Numbered from the stretch's first letter, positions 18,251-28,083 are shown. The stretch is DNA of 58,510 bases from an uncultured Methanosarcinales archaeon (GCA_964388715.1 CAYMBN010000008.1:1-58510), one strand, 5' to 3'. Translations and numbers: made by a program. Notes: generated from the sequence alone by a model not told the origin.

Positions 18251-18793
18251 ATGAAAAAGAAAATATTATTTTTAATAATCCTATTACTATTCTTAGTTAC
18301 TAGCTGTGTCAAATCAAGTCCTAATCAAACATGCACCCAAAATGAGGACTGCCTTTCAAATAGATGTGTTAATAAGATATGTGAATTCAGCCAAGAAAGT
18401 GAAAAATGTAATTATGATTTTGATTGTGCTGAAGGTTTAATTTGTGAAAGCAGTACCTGTGTTTATAGTCAACAAGGAGGACGATGTACTAGTGATGAGA
18501 ATTGTAAGGAAGAAAGTAATTTTTGTTATATTGAAGAAGGACAATATAATGGTAAGTGTATAAAAAACAATTTTATTTGTAAAAAATTTTATGAAAATTT
18601 AGGACCTTCCACTTTTGTAACAATATTGGGAATTATTGTTATTTTAGCTGTGATATTAGGTGTTGGTGGCGGTCTTGTTCAGCTACTAGGGCTTCCAGTT
18701 TTTAGTTCGCCAAGTGGAATTACAGTTTATGTTTTTACGATTATTGTTGGAGGAATATGGTTGTACTTTTATTTGAGAGGTTTTTGTCTTTAG
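18251..18793 (+). CDS. Cys-rich surface protein with lipobox-like signal and two C-terminal TM helices
   Basis: LVTSC lipobox-like; repeated C-x5-C-x3/5-C-x4-C units. Confidence 0.75.
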   Translation: MKKKILFLIILLLFLVTSCVKSSPNQTCTQNEDCLSNRCVNKICEFSQESEKCNYDFDCAEGLICESSTCVYSQQGGRCTSDENCKEESNFCYIEEGQYNGKCIKNNFICKKFYENLGPSTFVTILGIIVILAVILGVGGGLVQLLGLPVFSSPSGITVYVFTIIVGGIWLYFYLRGFCL

Positions 18794-18838
18794 AAATTTA
18801 CTTTAAACTCTCCTCAATAATTTTCTTCCCCTGGACTT

Positions 18839-19489
18839 TTATTCTATGGGGCTATTTAAAAAATTAATTTCTGTTTCAAAATTGACTTTATTTTCAAAAT
18901 AGTAGCTATTTCCTTCTCCAACAAATATTTTCAATAACTTTTTATTATGGGCTTTATGAAATGCTAAATCTAAAGGGACATCTACAATTAAATATTCTCC
19001 TACTTTAGACCATTCTCCAACATCTACAATTGTTGAAGGGGTGTTTGAGGCACTGATATCATTATCATAAACAGAAATCCTAATTGCTGGAAAAAAATCT
19101 TGTCCATCAACATTATCAATAACAAGCTTAATTGATTTTAATTCTCCCCAATCTTCACCTTCTTTTTGAAATTCATAATCTAATAAACCAGCACGTACAC
19201 CATTCATCATGTTTTGAGGTATTTCATCTTTAAAAGGATAGGGGCTACTTTTATCATCTTCTTTAAGGATTACTACACTTTCAGTTAACAACTTAGCAGT
19301 ATCATAAATCTCAGTCTCTTTAAGAGGCACTGAAGAATAAATAACATTATCAGCTTGACCTTCAGAAACGATCAAATTACCTTCAGAATCCATTGGTCCT
19401 ATCAATACTTGTGGTCTAAAAAAATAAAACAAGATTATGAAAAAGAAAACAATTCCAGCAGCAAACATAAATCCTTTCCAAAATGACAT
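18839..19489 (-). CDS. Membrane-anchored hypothetical protein
   Basis: N-terminal TM helix (FWKGFMFAAGIVFFFIILFYFF); soluble beta-rich remainder. Confidence 0.65.
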   Translation of the reverse strand: MSFWKGFMFAAGIVFFFIILFYFFRPQVLIGPMDSEGNLIVSEGQADNVIYSSVPLKETEIYDTAKLLTESVVILKEDDKSSPYPFKDEIPQNMMNGVRAGLLDYEFQKEGEDWGELKSIKLVIDNVDGQDFFPAIRISVYDNDISASNTPSTIVDVGEWSKVGEYLIVDVPLDLAFHKAHNKKLLKIFVGEGNSYYFENKVNFETEINFLNSPIE

Positions 19490-19541
19490 TTTAACACCAT
19501 CAAACAATCACATAACCAAACACAATATTTAAATCTTGCTA

Positions 19542-20339
19542 TTAAAAGTTTAAAGGGAGATAATGTGATTCATGATCTTCAAATGTAATCCTATGATGTT
19601 CTTTTCTATTTTCTCTTAATACTGATTTTGCAACTTTTTCTAAATCTTTTCCATTCCCATTATGACCATAATTTACTGCCATGAAAATATCATAACCATT
19701 AATATTAAAAACACCATCAAAAGTTCTTGAATTAGATTTACAAAAATGAGAAGAAGGAGACAATGGTCTAGTGGATGAATGTTTCATTAAATAAAATACA
19801 TATCCTATTTTTTCATTTCTATCTGGGATTTCTTCTAAATCTATTGGAGAGATTATTCCTGCATGACCATCATACCAGAAAGTACCTTCTCCACCTAATA
19901 ATGCTGTAAGTGTAGCGTAAGAAGATCCAGCAACCTCTGCTAACTTAAACCCTTCTGCAATCTTCATCTTCCCTAATCGCATAAAACTTGAATAACTATC
20001 TTCTAAATCAATACTATCCAGAATAATTTCTCTTTTAGGATGATTTTCAATAAATTGATTTAAAAACCAAAACCCAGAAGGAACATGTCCCCAATGCATA
20101 CCTTGGTTAGTTGGTTGGATCACTCCACCTTTAGGAGCATAGGAAAAAAACTTATCAAAAAGTTTAGTACTATAAGATGAAACAAAACCACCAAGATGAT
20201 CTCCTTCAAAATATTTTTTGATTTCATCATCTAAATCTTTACTCTTGAAATGTCTAAGAAGTAAACCAAGCATTATACTTCTTGGATTTTCTCCTAATTC
20301 TCTTTCTAACTTTCTAATTATTTCTTGTTGAGTTATCAT
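19542..20339 (-). CDS. Hypothetical protein
   Basis: Long ORF starting immediately after the radical SAM stop (MITQQ...). Confidence 0.65.
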   Translation of the reverse strand: MITQQEIIRKLERELGENPRSIMLGLLLRHFKSKDLDDEIKKYFEGDHLGGFVSSYSTKLFDKFFSYAPKGGVIQPTNQGMHWGHVPSGFWFLNQFIENHPKREIILDSIDLEDSYSSFMRLGKMKIAEGFKLAEVAGSSYATLTALLGGEGTFWYDGHAGIISPIDLEEIPDRNEKIGYVFYLMKHSSTRPLSPSSHFCKSNSRTFDGVFNINGYDIFMAVNYGHNGNGKDLEKVAKSVLRENRKEHHRITFEDHESHYLPLNF

Positions 20340-20340
20340 T

Positions 20341-21636
20341 TTACTCATTCTTCTCATGAACCTTTTTGCTTTCTTCGTATGCTTTCTGGACTAACGGGTC
20401 TGTGAACTTGTAGTCTATTGCAAAACCATTGTCCCTGTCTGGCTTGAAATCTCTTTCAACTAACATGTTAAACAGATGTGTGCCAGGGAAAGCTTCAAAC
20501 CGGAGAGGTGAACCTACCTGTAAATCTTTACTGAAAAAAAGTCTTGCAAAATGGTATGTATTTTCATCTTGCGCTTCAGGGGATAGATCAGGATGAGGAA
20601 ACAAGATATAATCAACCACTGTTAAACATTGTGGGTTATATTGTCTTAAGAATTCTATAGCTTCACGATTGATTTCTACTGTACTTCCTGTTCTTAACAA
20701 TTTCAATGCTTCAGCAGACATTGACTGTACACCTAACTCTATTTCACTTGAAATTCTGCCAGATGAAAACATTTTTTCAATTATATCTTTATGTTTAACT
20801 AAACTAGGAGGTCTTATCTCAAGTTTAAGGAAAATTTCTTTATTAAGCATATTCAAATAATCAATAAGTTGACTAAAATAACTAGGATTAGCTAACATAT
20901 CCTCTGTGTTAAGATAAAATCTTTGGTGCCCTTTTGAAGCCCAAAAATTAATCTCAGCCATGACTCTTTTAATATCCCTGTATCTGTTAACACCTTTTTC
21001 AGTATATTCTGTCCTTAAATGTTCTGAAGCACAGAAAATACATCTTCCTTTACAATCTCCTCTAGCAATATCAATTGGGATAACCTGAAATTTAGATTGA
21101 CTTAAGATCTGAATAATATAGAACGGATCGCCTGTTGGAATTTCAGATGGTTTAACTAAACTTTTTTTATTTACTACAAGCCCATTATCTCCTTTGTACA
21201 CAAGTCCATCAACAGTTTTTACATCTCCCCCTTTTTTTCTTCTTTCCATAAACTCAACTAATGATTTGTCAGCATGGCCTCTGAACAGGAAATCAACTGC
21301 TTCTGTATCTTGCATGATTCGATCAAATGCACATGATGCAAGATTTCCTCCAAAAAGTATGGTTGGTGGGTTATCCTTTTGTTTTAATTTCTCAGCAATT
21401 GCTCTTGAAGCAGCATAATTATCATAAAATAAAGAGAATCCTACCATAGGTGCTTTTAATGAGGTTATTTCTTCTGTAATATCATCAATTGTTTTTTCTT
21501 GATAAGGAGGATGTACTACAACAACATCATAACCTGCCATTTTAAGGCTAGTGCTAAGATTAGCAAGTCCTATATTAGGAAAACCTGCACTAAAAAACTT
21601 ACTTGGCATATTTACTAAACATATATCTAATGTCAT
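20341..21636 (-). CDS. B12-binding radical SAM protein
   Basis: PNIGLANLS...VGFS...ILFGG cobalamin-binding domain; RGDCKGRCIFC (CxxxCxxC); LGVQS; PGT. Confidence 0.9.
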   Translation of the reverse strand: MTLDICLVNMPSKFFSAGFPNIGLANLSTSLKMAGYDVVVVHPPYQEKTIDDITEEITSLKAPMVGFSLFYDNYAASRAIAEKLKQKDNPPTILFGGNLASCAFDRIMQDTEAVDFLFRGHADKSLVEFMERRKKGGDVKTVDGLVYKGDNGLVVNKKSLVKPSEIPTGDPFYIIQILSQSKFQVIPIDIARGDCKGRCIFCASEHLRTEYTEKGVNRYRDIKRVMAEINFWASKGHQRFYLNTEDMLANPSYFSQLIDYLNMLNKEIFLKLEIRPPSLVKHKDIIEKMFSSGRISSEIELGVQSMSAEALKLLRTGSTVEINREAIEFLRQYNPQCLTVVDYILFPHPDLSPEAQDENTYHFARLFFSKDLQVGSPLRFEAFPGTHLFNMLVERDFKPDRDNGFAIDYKFTDPLVQKAYEESKKVHEKNE

Positions 21637-21750
21637 TTTTGAACAATTATCTAAGAACACTTCTTTTAGAGGTGAAAAGGAGGGGGTGTTTTTAAATCTT
21701 ACTGTGAAATTAACAAAACACTTAAATATTAAGAAATCAATATATTCACT

Positions 21751-22263
21751 ATGAACAAAAAAACTTTATTGATTATTTTGGTACTAACATTATTTCTTAT
21801 TTCGGCTTGTAAAGTAAAGGAAACTGTTCCTGAAATTCTCGGTGGTGACCAAATTCCAATTAAACCAGAAGATGAATGTCAAAATATTGAAGTCACAAGT
21901 AGTAGAGATGATTGCTATAGAAGAATTGCCACTTCAAAGCAGGACACTGAATTATGTAATAAAATTTCTGATTTCTCCTTGATTGATCATTGTATAGGGT
22001 TGATTGCTTCAGCAAAAAACAGTATTAAAACATGTGAAAGTTCTCATTCAAAAACAGGTTATAATGATGAATGCTTATATTGGTTGGGCATGGATACAAA
22101 TAACAAATCCATATGCAGAACAATTGATTCTGGACATCTGGAAATAGAATGTTTGAGAAGTGTTGCAAAAGCTACAAAAGATCCAGAGATATGTAGGGGT
22201 TTACCAGAAGATACCTTAACAAGAAAATTCTGTTTTGAAGATATTGGAGTAACTGAAGAATAA
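21751..22263 (+). CDS. Cys-repeat lipoprotein-like surface protein
   Basis: LISAC lipobox-like; ~26-aa repeats with C..I......D.C pattern. Confidence 0.75.
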   Translation: MNKKTLLIILVLTLFLISACKVKETVPEILGGDQIPIKPEDECQNIEVTSSRDDCYRRIATSKQDTELCNKISDFSLIDHCIGLIASAKNSIKTCESSHSKTGYNDECLYWLGMDTNNKSICRTIDSGHLEIECLRSVAKATKDPEICRGLPEDTLTRKFCFEDIGVTEE

Positions 22264-22329
22264 ATCACCCACTCCCCACACGACAACCACACAAAACATA
22301 TAAATATAATCAAAATCCATTTTAATATT

Positions 22330-24192
22330 ATGAAAAAAGAAGAGATTCTGTTCCCATATCCTAAAATAAGAGAACATCAGGATCAGGTAATCCAACAAGT
22401 ACAAGAATGTCTTAAAAACAAAACCAATCTTATCATGCACGCTCCTACTGGCCTAGGAAAAACAATAGCCACATTAGGCCCAGCACTAGCTCACGCAATA
22501 AAAAAAGATATCACCATCTTCTTCCTAACAAGCAGACACACTCAACATAAAATTGTTATCGACACATTAAAACTAATCAAAGACAAATACAATATAGAAA
22601 TCCCTACAGTTGACATTGTTGGCAAAAAATGGATGTGCCCTGTCCCAGGCACTGACCAACTTTACTCAAATGAATTTACAGAATATTGTAAATCACAAAG
22701 AGAAGAAGGAAAATGTGAATTCTACACAAAAACAAAAGATAAATCAGGCAAACCAACACCAGAAGCAAAAAAACTTATGTTTGAACTAATCTCACCATGC
22801 TCAACAGAAAAAGTAATTGAGATCTGCACACAAGAAAAATTATGCCCTTACGAAATATCAACACTGATGGCAAACAAAGCAAAAGTAATTGTCTGCGACT
22901 ATTATTATATCTTCCACCCAAGCATTAAAAAAACCTTTTTTGCAAAAACAGGCAAAAAAATAGAAAACTCAATCATAATAATTGACGAAGCACATAACTT
23001 ACCATTAAGAATGCGAGAATTACTAAGCCAAAGACTAACAAACTTCATGTTAACCAGAGCAATCAAAGAAGCAAAAAAATATGATTACAATGAAACAGTT
23101 GACATTCTCAAAGCAATCAAAGACATTCTGATTAACATGGCAAATAAAATAATTGACAAAGATCAAATGCTCATAACAAAACAAGATTTTACAACAAAAA
23201 TCAAACTAGTCAAAGACTATCAAGAACTTATAGCTGATTTAACATTCATAGCAGACGATATAAGAGAAAAACAAAAACAAAGTTACATAGGAAGCATAGC
23301 TTCCTTCTTAGAAGCATGGCTTGGTGAAGATGAAGGTTTTGCAAGAATCCTTACACAAAAAGAAACAAAATCAATCCCATTATTAACCTTGTCATACCGC
23401 TGCCTAGATCCAAGCTTACTAACAAAAAACATGATCAACGAATCATACTCAACAATTGCAATGTCAGGTACCCTCACCCCTACCCAAATGTACAAAGACA
23501 TCCTTGGCTTTGAAAAACCAACCCAAAAACGTTTTGAAAGTCCATTCCCAAAAAAAAACAGACTTAATCTAATTATCCCAGAAACATCAACAAAATTTAC
23601 CTTAAGAAACTCAGACATGTACAAACACATTGCAGTCAAATGCGCACAAATAGTTAACAATGTACCAGGCAATTGCGCAATATTCTTCCCAAGTTATTAT
23701 TTAAGAAACGAAATAAACCAATACTTTACAAATATCTGCAAAAAAACAACATTTTTAGAAGAACCAGGTTTAAGTAAAAAAGAAAAATTAGAACTGTTAG
23801 AAAAATTCAAAGAATACAAAAACCATGGCGCAGTTATTTTAGGCATTAGCTCAGGCAGTTTTGGTGAAGGCATTGACTTACCAGGCGACCTCTTAAAATG
23901 CGTAGTAGTTGTAGGCCTCCCTTTGCAAAAACCAGACCTAGAAACACAAGAACAAATAAAATACTATGATAAACTCTTCCAAAAAGGTTGGGACTATGGA
24001 TACCTTTTCCCAGCATTCAACAAATGTCTCCAAAGCGCAGGTCGTTGCATAAGAAGTGAAACAGACAGAGGCATTGTTATCTTCCTTGACCAAAGATTCA
24101 CCTGGAAAAATTACTTCAGATGCTTTCCTTTAGACATTGACCTCAAGATAACAATAGAACCAGTAAAAGAAATAAAGGAATTCTTTAGTTAA
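22330..24192 (+). CDS. xpd: XPD/Rad3-family Fe-S DNA helicase
   Basis: APTGLGKT, Fe-S Cys (MCP, YC, CEFY, LCPY), DEAHNL, SGTLTP, EGIDLPG, QSAGRCIRSETDRG. Confidence 0.93.
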   Translation: MKKEEILFPYPKIREHQDQVIQQVQECLKNKTNLIMHAPTGLGKTIATLGPALAHAIKKDITIFFLTSRHTQHKIVIDTLKLIKDKYNIEIPTVDIVGKKWMCPVPGTDQLYSNEFTEYCKSQREEGKCEFYTKTKDKSGKPTPEAKKLMFELISPCSTEKVIEICTQEKLCPYEISTLMANKAKVIVCDYYYIFHPSIKKTFFAKTGKKIENSIIIIDEAHNLPLRMRELLSQRLTNFMLTRAIKEAKKYDYNETVDILKAIKDILINMANKIIDKDQMLITKQDFTTKIKLVKDYQELIADLTFIADDIREKQKQSYIGSIASFLEAWLGEDEGFARILTQKETKSIPLLTLSYRCLDPSLLTKNMINESYSTIAMSGTLTPTQMYKDILGFEKPTQKRFESPFPKKNRLNLIIPETSTKFTLRNSDMYKHIAVKCAQIVNNVPGNCAIFFPSYYLRNEINQYFTNICKKTTFLEEPGLSKKEKLELLEKFKEYKNHGAVILGISSGSFGEGIDLPGDLLKCVVVVGLPLQKPDLETQEQIKYYDKLFQKGWDYGYLFPAFNKCLQSAGRCIRSETDRGIVIFLDQRFTWKNYFRCFPLDIDLKITIEPVKEIKEFFS

Positions 24193-24236
24193 TAAAACCA
24201 TAAAATATATAAAAATAAAAAACCTATAAAATAAAA

Positions 24237-24965
24237 ATGTTCATAAAAAACCTTTTCATGGAATTTGTGCATTCATTGTATGACTTTAGATTCTATCAAC
24301 ATATAAAAAAACAAAGAAAAAGATACTCATTAGTTTATTATTCCATGTTAATCCTGCTTGTAGTTCTTTTTATAGGTATAAAAAACAGTTATTTCCTTTA
24401 CAATGTTTCTGAGACAATCACAGAAGATATTCCAGTTATCACAATCAAAGATGGTATTGTTTACTCAGGCTCAACAAAACCTTATGTAAAAACATTTGAT
24501 CATTCTGCATTCATTGTTGACACAAGTGGAAAAGAAGGTATTAAAGAGGATTACAAATTTGTAATACTAGTTGCAAAAGATAAATTAATTCTAAAAAAGA
24601 ATGAGAACGAAATCAACAAATTCAGTTTTGTAAATGTGGAAGAATTAAGAATAGATAAACAAGCAATCACTCAATTCAGAACCATATTTTTAACATTCTT
24701 TATTCCAATTATGATGATCATCCTATACATATCCCTTTTCATAGCTTTTGGTTGCTTTATAGCATTTTTCAGTTTACTAAGCATACTACTTAACTCAATT
24801 CTAAACCTAAAAAACAACTTCAAACAAATGGCCAATGTTGGAATATACGCATTAACACCAATGTTAATCTACAATTACATACTCCAAATAATCGGCTTAA
24901 GAATCAACATCTCTGTCCTAATCTACCTAGCTTTCTTAATACCTAACATTATTATGAAGAAGTAA
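24237..24965 (+). CDS. DUF1189-like membrane protein
   Basis: TM - IPVITIKDG...FIVDTSG soluble loop - several TMs - YALTP pattern. Confidence 0.7.
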   Translation: MFIKNLFMEFVHSLYDFRFYQHIKKQRKRYSLVYYSMLILLVVLFIGIKNSYFLYNVSETITEDIPVITIKDGIVYSGSTKPYVKTFDHSAFIVDTSGKEGIKEDYKFVILVAKDKLILKKNENEINKFSFVNVEELRIDKQAITQFRTIFLTFFIPIMMIILYISLFIAFGCFIAFFSLLSILLNSILNLKNNFKQMANVGIYALTPMLIYNYILQIIGLRINISVLIYLAFLIPNIIMKK

Positions 24966-25203
24966 TTTACAAGTGTTTGTTCTAAGTCGCCAAATGGCAA
25001 GTGAGCTAGGGTGCTATTAGTAAGACTACACTGTCAGCCAATATCTTGCTTTTAATAGAAGTTTTGGCTGAGCGAACGAGACTTGGAACAAACCAAATTT
25101 ACACATAAAGCTTTTAAAAATTTAAAAAATTTTTAAACGGTTTAGAAAAAGATTTTTACTTTTTCTAAAACTTTATAAATAAAACCCTATTTTTAGAGGT
25201 AAT

Positions 25204-26565
25204 ATGGTACTTGACAAATTAGGTGATTCATTAAAGAACACATTAAGCAAGATAACCAAAGCAATCTTTGTAGATGAATCTCTAGTTAACGAACTAATCA
25301 AAGAGATCCAAAGAGCCTTACTCCAAAGCGATGTTAATGTAAAACTTGTCTTTGAATTAACTACTGAAATCAAAAAACGTATTCTTAAAGATGAAACACC
25401 ACCAGGATTAACAAAAAAAGAATATTTGATCAAAGTTGTCTATGATGAACTCACAAAATTCTTAGGTGAAACAGCTCATGATATTAAAACAGACAAAAAA
25501 CCAACAAAAATCATGCTTGTTGGCTTATTTGGTTCAGGTAAAACAACCACAATAGGTAAATTAGGTAAATTCTTCCAAAAAAGAGGATTCAAAGTAGCAC
25601 TAATGTCAACAGATACATGGCGTCCTGCAGCTTATGACCAACTAAAACAATTAGGAAAAAAGATTAACCTGCCAGTTTTTGGCAATAAAAAACAAAAAGA
25701 TCCTGTTAAAATCTACCAAGAATTCAAAGAAGAACTAAAAAAATATGATCTATTATTATTTGACACAGCAGGTCGTGATGCATTATCAGATGACTTAATT
25801 GAAGAACTTAACAATATAAACAAAACAATCAAACCAGATGAAACACTTTTAGTGCTAAGCGGAGACATTGGCCAAGCAGCACAAACACAAGCACAAGCAT
25901 TCCATGATACATGTAATGTAACAGGAGTTATAATCACAAAACTTGACGGTACTGCAAAAGGTGGTGGTGCACTTTCAGCATGTGCAATCACAAACGCACC
26001 AGTCAAATTCATTGGTGTTGGAGAAAAGATTGACGATCTTGAACAATTCCATCCTCCAAGATTTGTTGGAAGAATGCTTGGCATGGGTGACATTGAAACA
26101 TTACTAGAAAAAGCAAAAGAAGCAATCCCACAAGAAAAAGCAGAAGACCTTGGTAAGAAATTCTTAAAAGGAAAATTCAATCTTATTGATCTTTACGAAC
26201 AAATGCAAGCAATGAGCAAAATGGGTCCATTAGGTAAAGTAATGGAAATGGTTCCAGGTTTTTCACAATTAAAATTACCTAAAGACATGCTTAAAGTACA
26301 AGAAGACAAACTAAAAAAATGGAGATTTATGATGAACTCTTGTACTAAAGAAGAACTTGAAGATCCTGACATTATTTCTGCACAAAGAATTGACAGAATC
26401 TCAAAAGGCGCTGGTGTTAAAACAAGTGAAGTAAGAGAACTTATTAAACAATACAGACAAAGTAAAAAAATGGTTAAAATGCTTGGCGGCGGCAGTGGAA
26501 ACGTCAAAAACATGGAAAAGATGATGAAGAAAATGCAGAAAGGCGGCCAAGTTCGATTTAAATAA
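25204..26565 (+). CDS. srp54: Signal recognition particle protein SRP54
   Basis: GLFGSGKTTT, DTWRPAAYDQL, DTAGR, TKLDGTAKGGGALS, Met-rich M domain. Confidence 0.97.
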   Translation: MVLDKLGDSLKNTLSKITKAIFVDESLVNELIKEIQRALLQSDVNVKLVFELTTEIKKRILKDETPPGLTKKEYLIKVVYDELTKFLGETAHDIKTDKKPTKIMLVGLFGSGKTTTIGKLGKFFQKRGFKVALMSTDTWRPAAYDQLKQLGKKINLPVFGNKKQKDPVKIYQEFKEELKKYDLLLFDTAGRDALSDDLIEELNNINKTIKPDETLLVLSGDIGQAAQTQAQAFHDTCNVTGVIITKLDGTAKGGGALSACAITNAPVKFIGVGEKIDDLEQFHPPRFVGRMLGMGDIETLLEKAKEAIPQEKAEDLGKKFLKGKFNLIDLYEQMQAMSKMGPLGKVMEMVPGFSQLKLPKDMLKVQEDKLKKWRFMMNSCTKEELEDPDIISAQRIDRISKGAGVKTSEVRELIKQYRQSKKMVKMLGGGSGNVKNMEKMMKKMQKGGQVRFK

Positions 26566-26573
26566 TCTTACTC

Positions 26574-27128
26574 TTAAAAATCCACTTGCATTCCAAGATA
26601 AGGTCTTACATCATCTTCTGAAATTTCCCCAAATCCTACTACACTTATTCCTTTTCCTAATTTGTATGTTAATTCAAGTTTAGTAAACCATTCATTATCT
26701 CCATTTGTGTTAGTTGATTTTAGGAAACCAGAAAGTAATAAATTCTGTCCTAACCACCTTTGATCTTTAATTTTAAATTGATAACGTTTACAAAAATCAG
26801 TTACAAACCTTAAATACATTGTTCCTAACTCAATTCCAGGACCAAACCAATTAAAATCATTTCCACCAGCAGTTACTCCTTCTCCAATTATATCATAACC
26901 CTTATTTGTATCCAAAGTTGCTGTTAATTCTGAATAACCCTTGCCTTTTCCATAAAACTCTGAGTAAGAGTTAATACAAACATCATCCAATTCACCATTT
27001 GCATTAATAACATGCACTTTAGCATCTTCTTTTCCTTTCATAAACTGAAGGTAAACATCTGCTGCTTCTACAGCTTCAGGTGCTGCCAAAAGTAACAATG
27101 TAATCCCTACCTTTTCAACTAAATTCAT
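26574..27128 (-). CDS. Secreted protein with outer-membrane beta-barrel-like pattern
   Basis: Signal peptide (AVEA/A), alternating amphipathic strands, C-terminal YLGMQVDF; start at 27128 after GAGGT SD. Confidence 0.6.
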   Translation of the reverse strand: MNLVEKVGITLLLLAAPEAVEAADVYLQFMKGKEDAKVHVINANGELDDVCINSYSEFYGKGKGYSELTATLDTNKGYDIIGEGVTAGGNDFNWFGPGIELGTMYLRFVTDFCKRYQFKIKDQRWLGQNLLLSGFLKSTNTNGDNEWFTKLELTYKLGKGISVVGFGEISEDDVRPYLGMQVDF

Positions 27129-27129
27129 T

Positions 27130-27375
27130 TTATTCAACCTCCATTTTCATTTGTTTTATTTTATCCAAATTAGGATCATTATAATCTTTCAAATAAATCA
27201 ATTTAGCCATACCAACATGTCTTACAGTTATCAAACCTTCCCCATAAAGTGCTGCTAATGTTACTGTTACAGTATGTCTTGATATACGCAAACGTCTAGA
27301 AATACCACTAATTGTTAAACCGCGATTATTAGTTCTAAGAAGTTCTATAACCTTATCTTTATATGGAAATTCCAC
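27130..27375 (-). CDS. HTH transcriptional regulator
   Basis: GLTISGISRRLRISRHTVTVTLAALYGEGLITVRHVGMAKLIYL. Confidence 0.85.
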   Translation of the reverse strand: MEFPYKDKVIELLRTNNRGLTISGISRRLRISRHTVTVTLAALYGEGLITVRHVGMAKLIYLKDYNDPNLDKIKQMKMEVE

Positions 27376-27546
27376 CCTAAACCCTCATTTTTTATTTGTC
27401 AACAATATTGTTAATCAATATGGCGGGTAATATTGTTAACAATATTGTTTAGTAATAGTGGTAACTATATAAAGATTTATGACCATTTAATAATGAAAAC
27501 ACAAAAAATGATAGATTTATATATTAAATAGTATTTATTTATACCA

Positions 27547-27720
27547 ATGAAAAACAAACCTAAACTACCAAAAGGAGAAATCCTACCAAAGATAGATAAA
27601 GTTGAGCACATGAAAAGAAAACAATATCTTAAATATTATATTGAAGTTCTTGAAGAAAACATAAAAGAAGCAAAAGACATTCTTAAGCAGAAAAAGAAAG
27701 AATTAAAAAAGTTGAAATAA
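27547..27720 (+). CDS. Small basic coiled-coil protein (57 aa)
   Basis: Manual translation MKNKPKLPKGEILPKIDKVEHMKRKQYLKYYIEVLEENIKEAKDILKQKKKELKKLK; TATA (TTTATATA) about 30 nt upstream. Confidence 0.6.
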   Translation: MKNKPKLPKGEILPKIDKVEHMKRKQYLKYYIEVLEENIKEAKDILKQKKKELKKLK

Positions 27721-27764
27721 AAAAACAACATGTTTAAATATAAGTTATCCTTATTACTTTCTCT

Positions 27765-28083
27765 ACGAGGACAATTTGGTTGCTCTTGAAAAGAGTTTGA
27801 TCATAAAGCCACTTTCAAGTGGACGAAAATTAGTACGGTGACTGGACATATCTCACTGTGCGAAAATCCACGCTTGTTAAGCTGAATTATGATTGAGAAG
27901 AATTGTTTTTAAAATGTGCCAAAGGATCTATATCAGATTGGCTTAAACATTTAAGACTTTTTTTCACCGAGTCCAGACTCAGAGCGAGGTAATTCAGGAT
28001 AATAAATCTTCGGATTTACTCACAAACAAGCGGTCTTCGGATTTAATGTTTGGTTCTGAACCTAGATGCTCTGTTTTTCTTTT
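27765..28083 (+). ncRNA. Candidate ~310-nt structured non-coding RNA
   Basis: TATA box at 27733, many complementary segments, two C(UUCG)G loops, terminal U-tract, no ORF. Confidence 0.65.

Noticed and set aside
25105..25175. A/T-only inverted repeats before srp54
   Set aside because: Low complexity; expected by chance in AT-rich intergenic DNA.
27765..28083. Calling the structured RNA RNase P RNA, SRP RNA or a group I/II intron
   Set aside because: I could not find their conserved signature sequences on either strand; left as an unassigned ncRNA.
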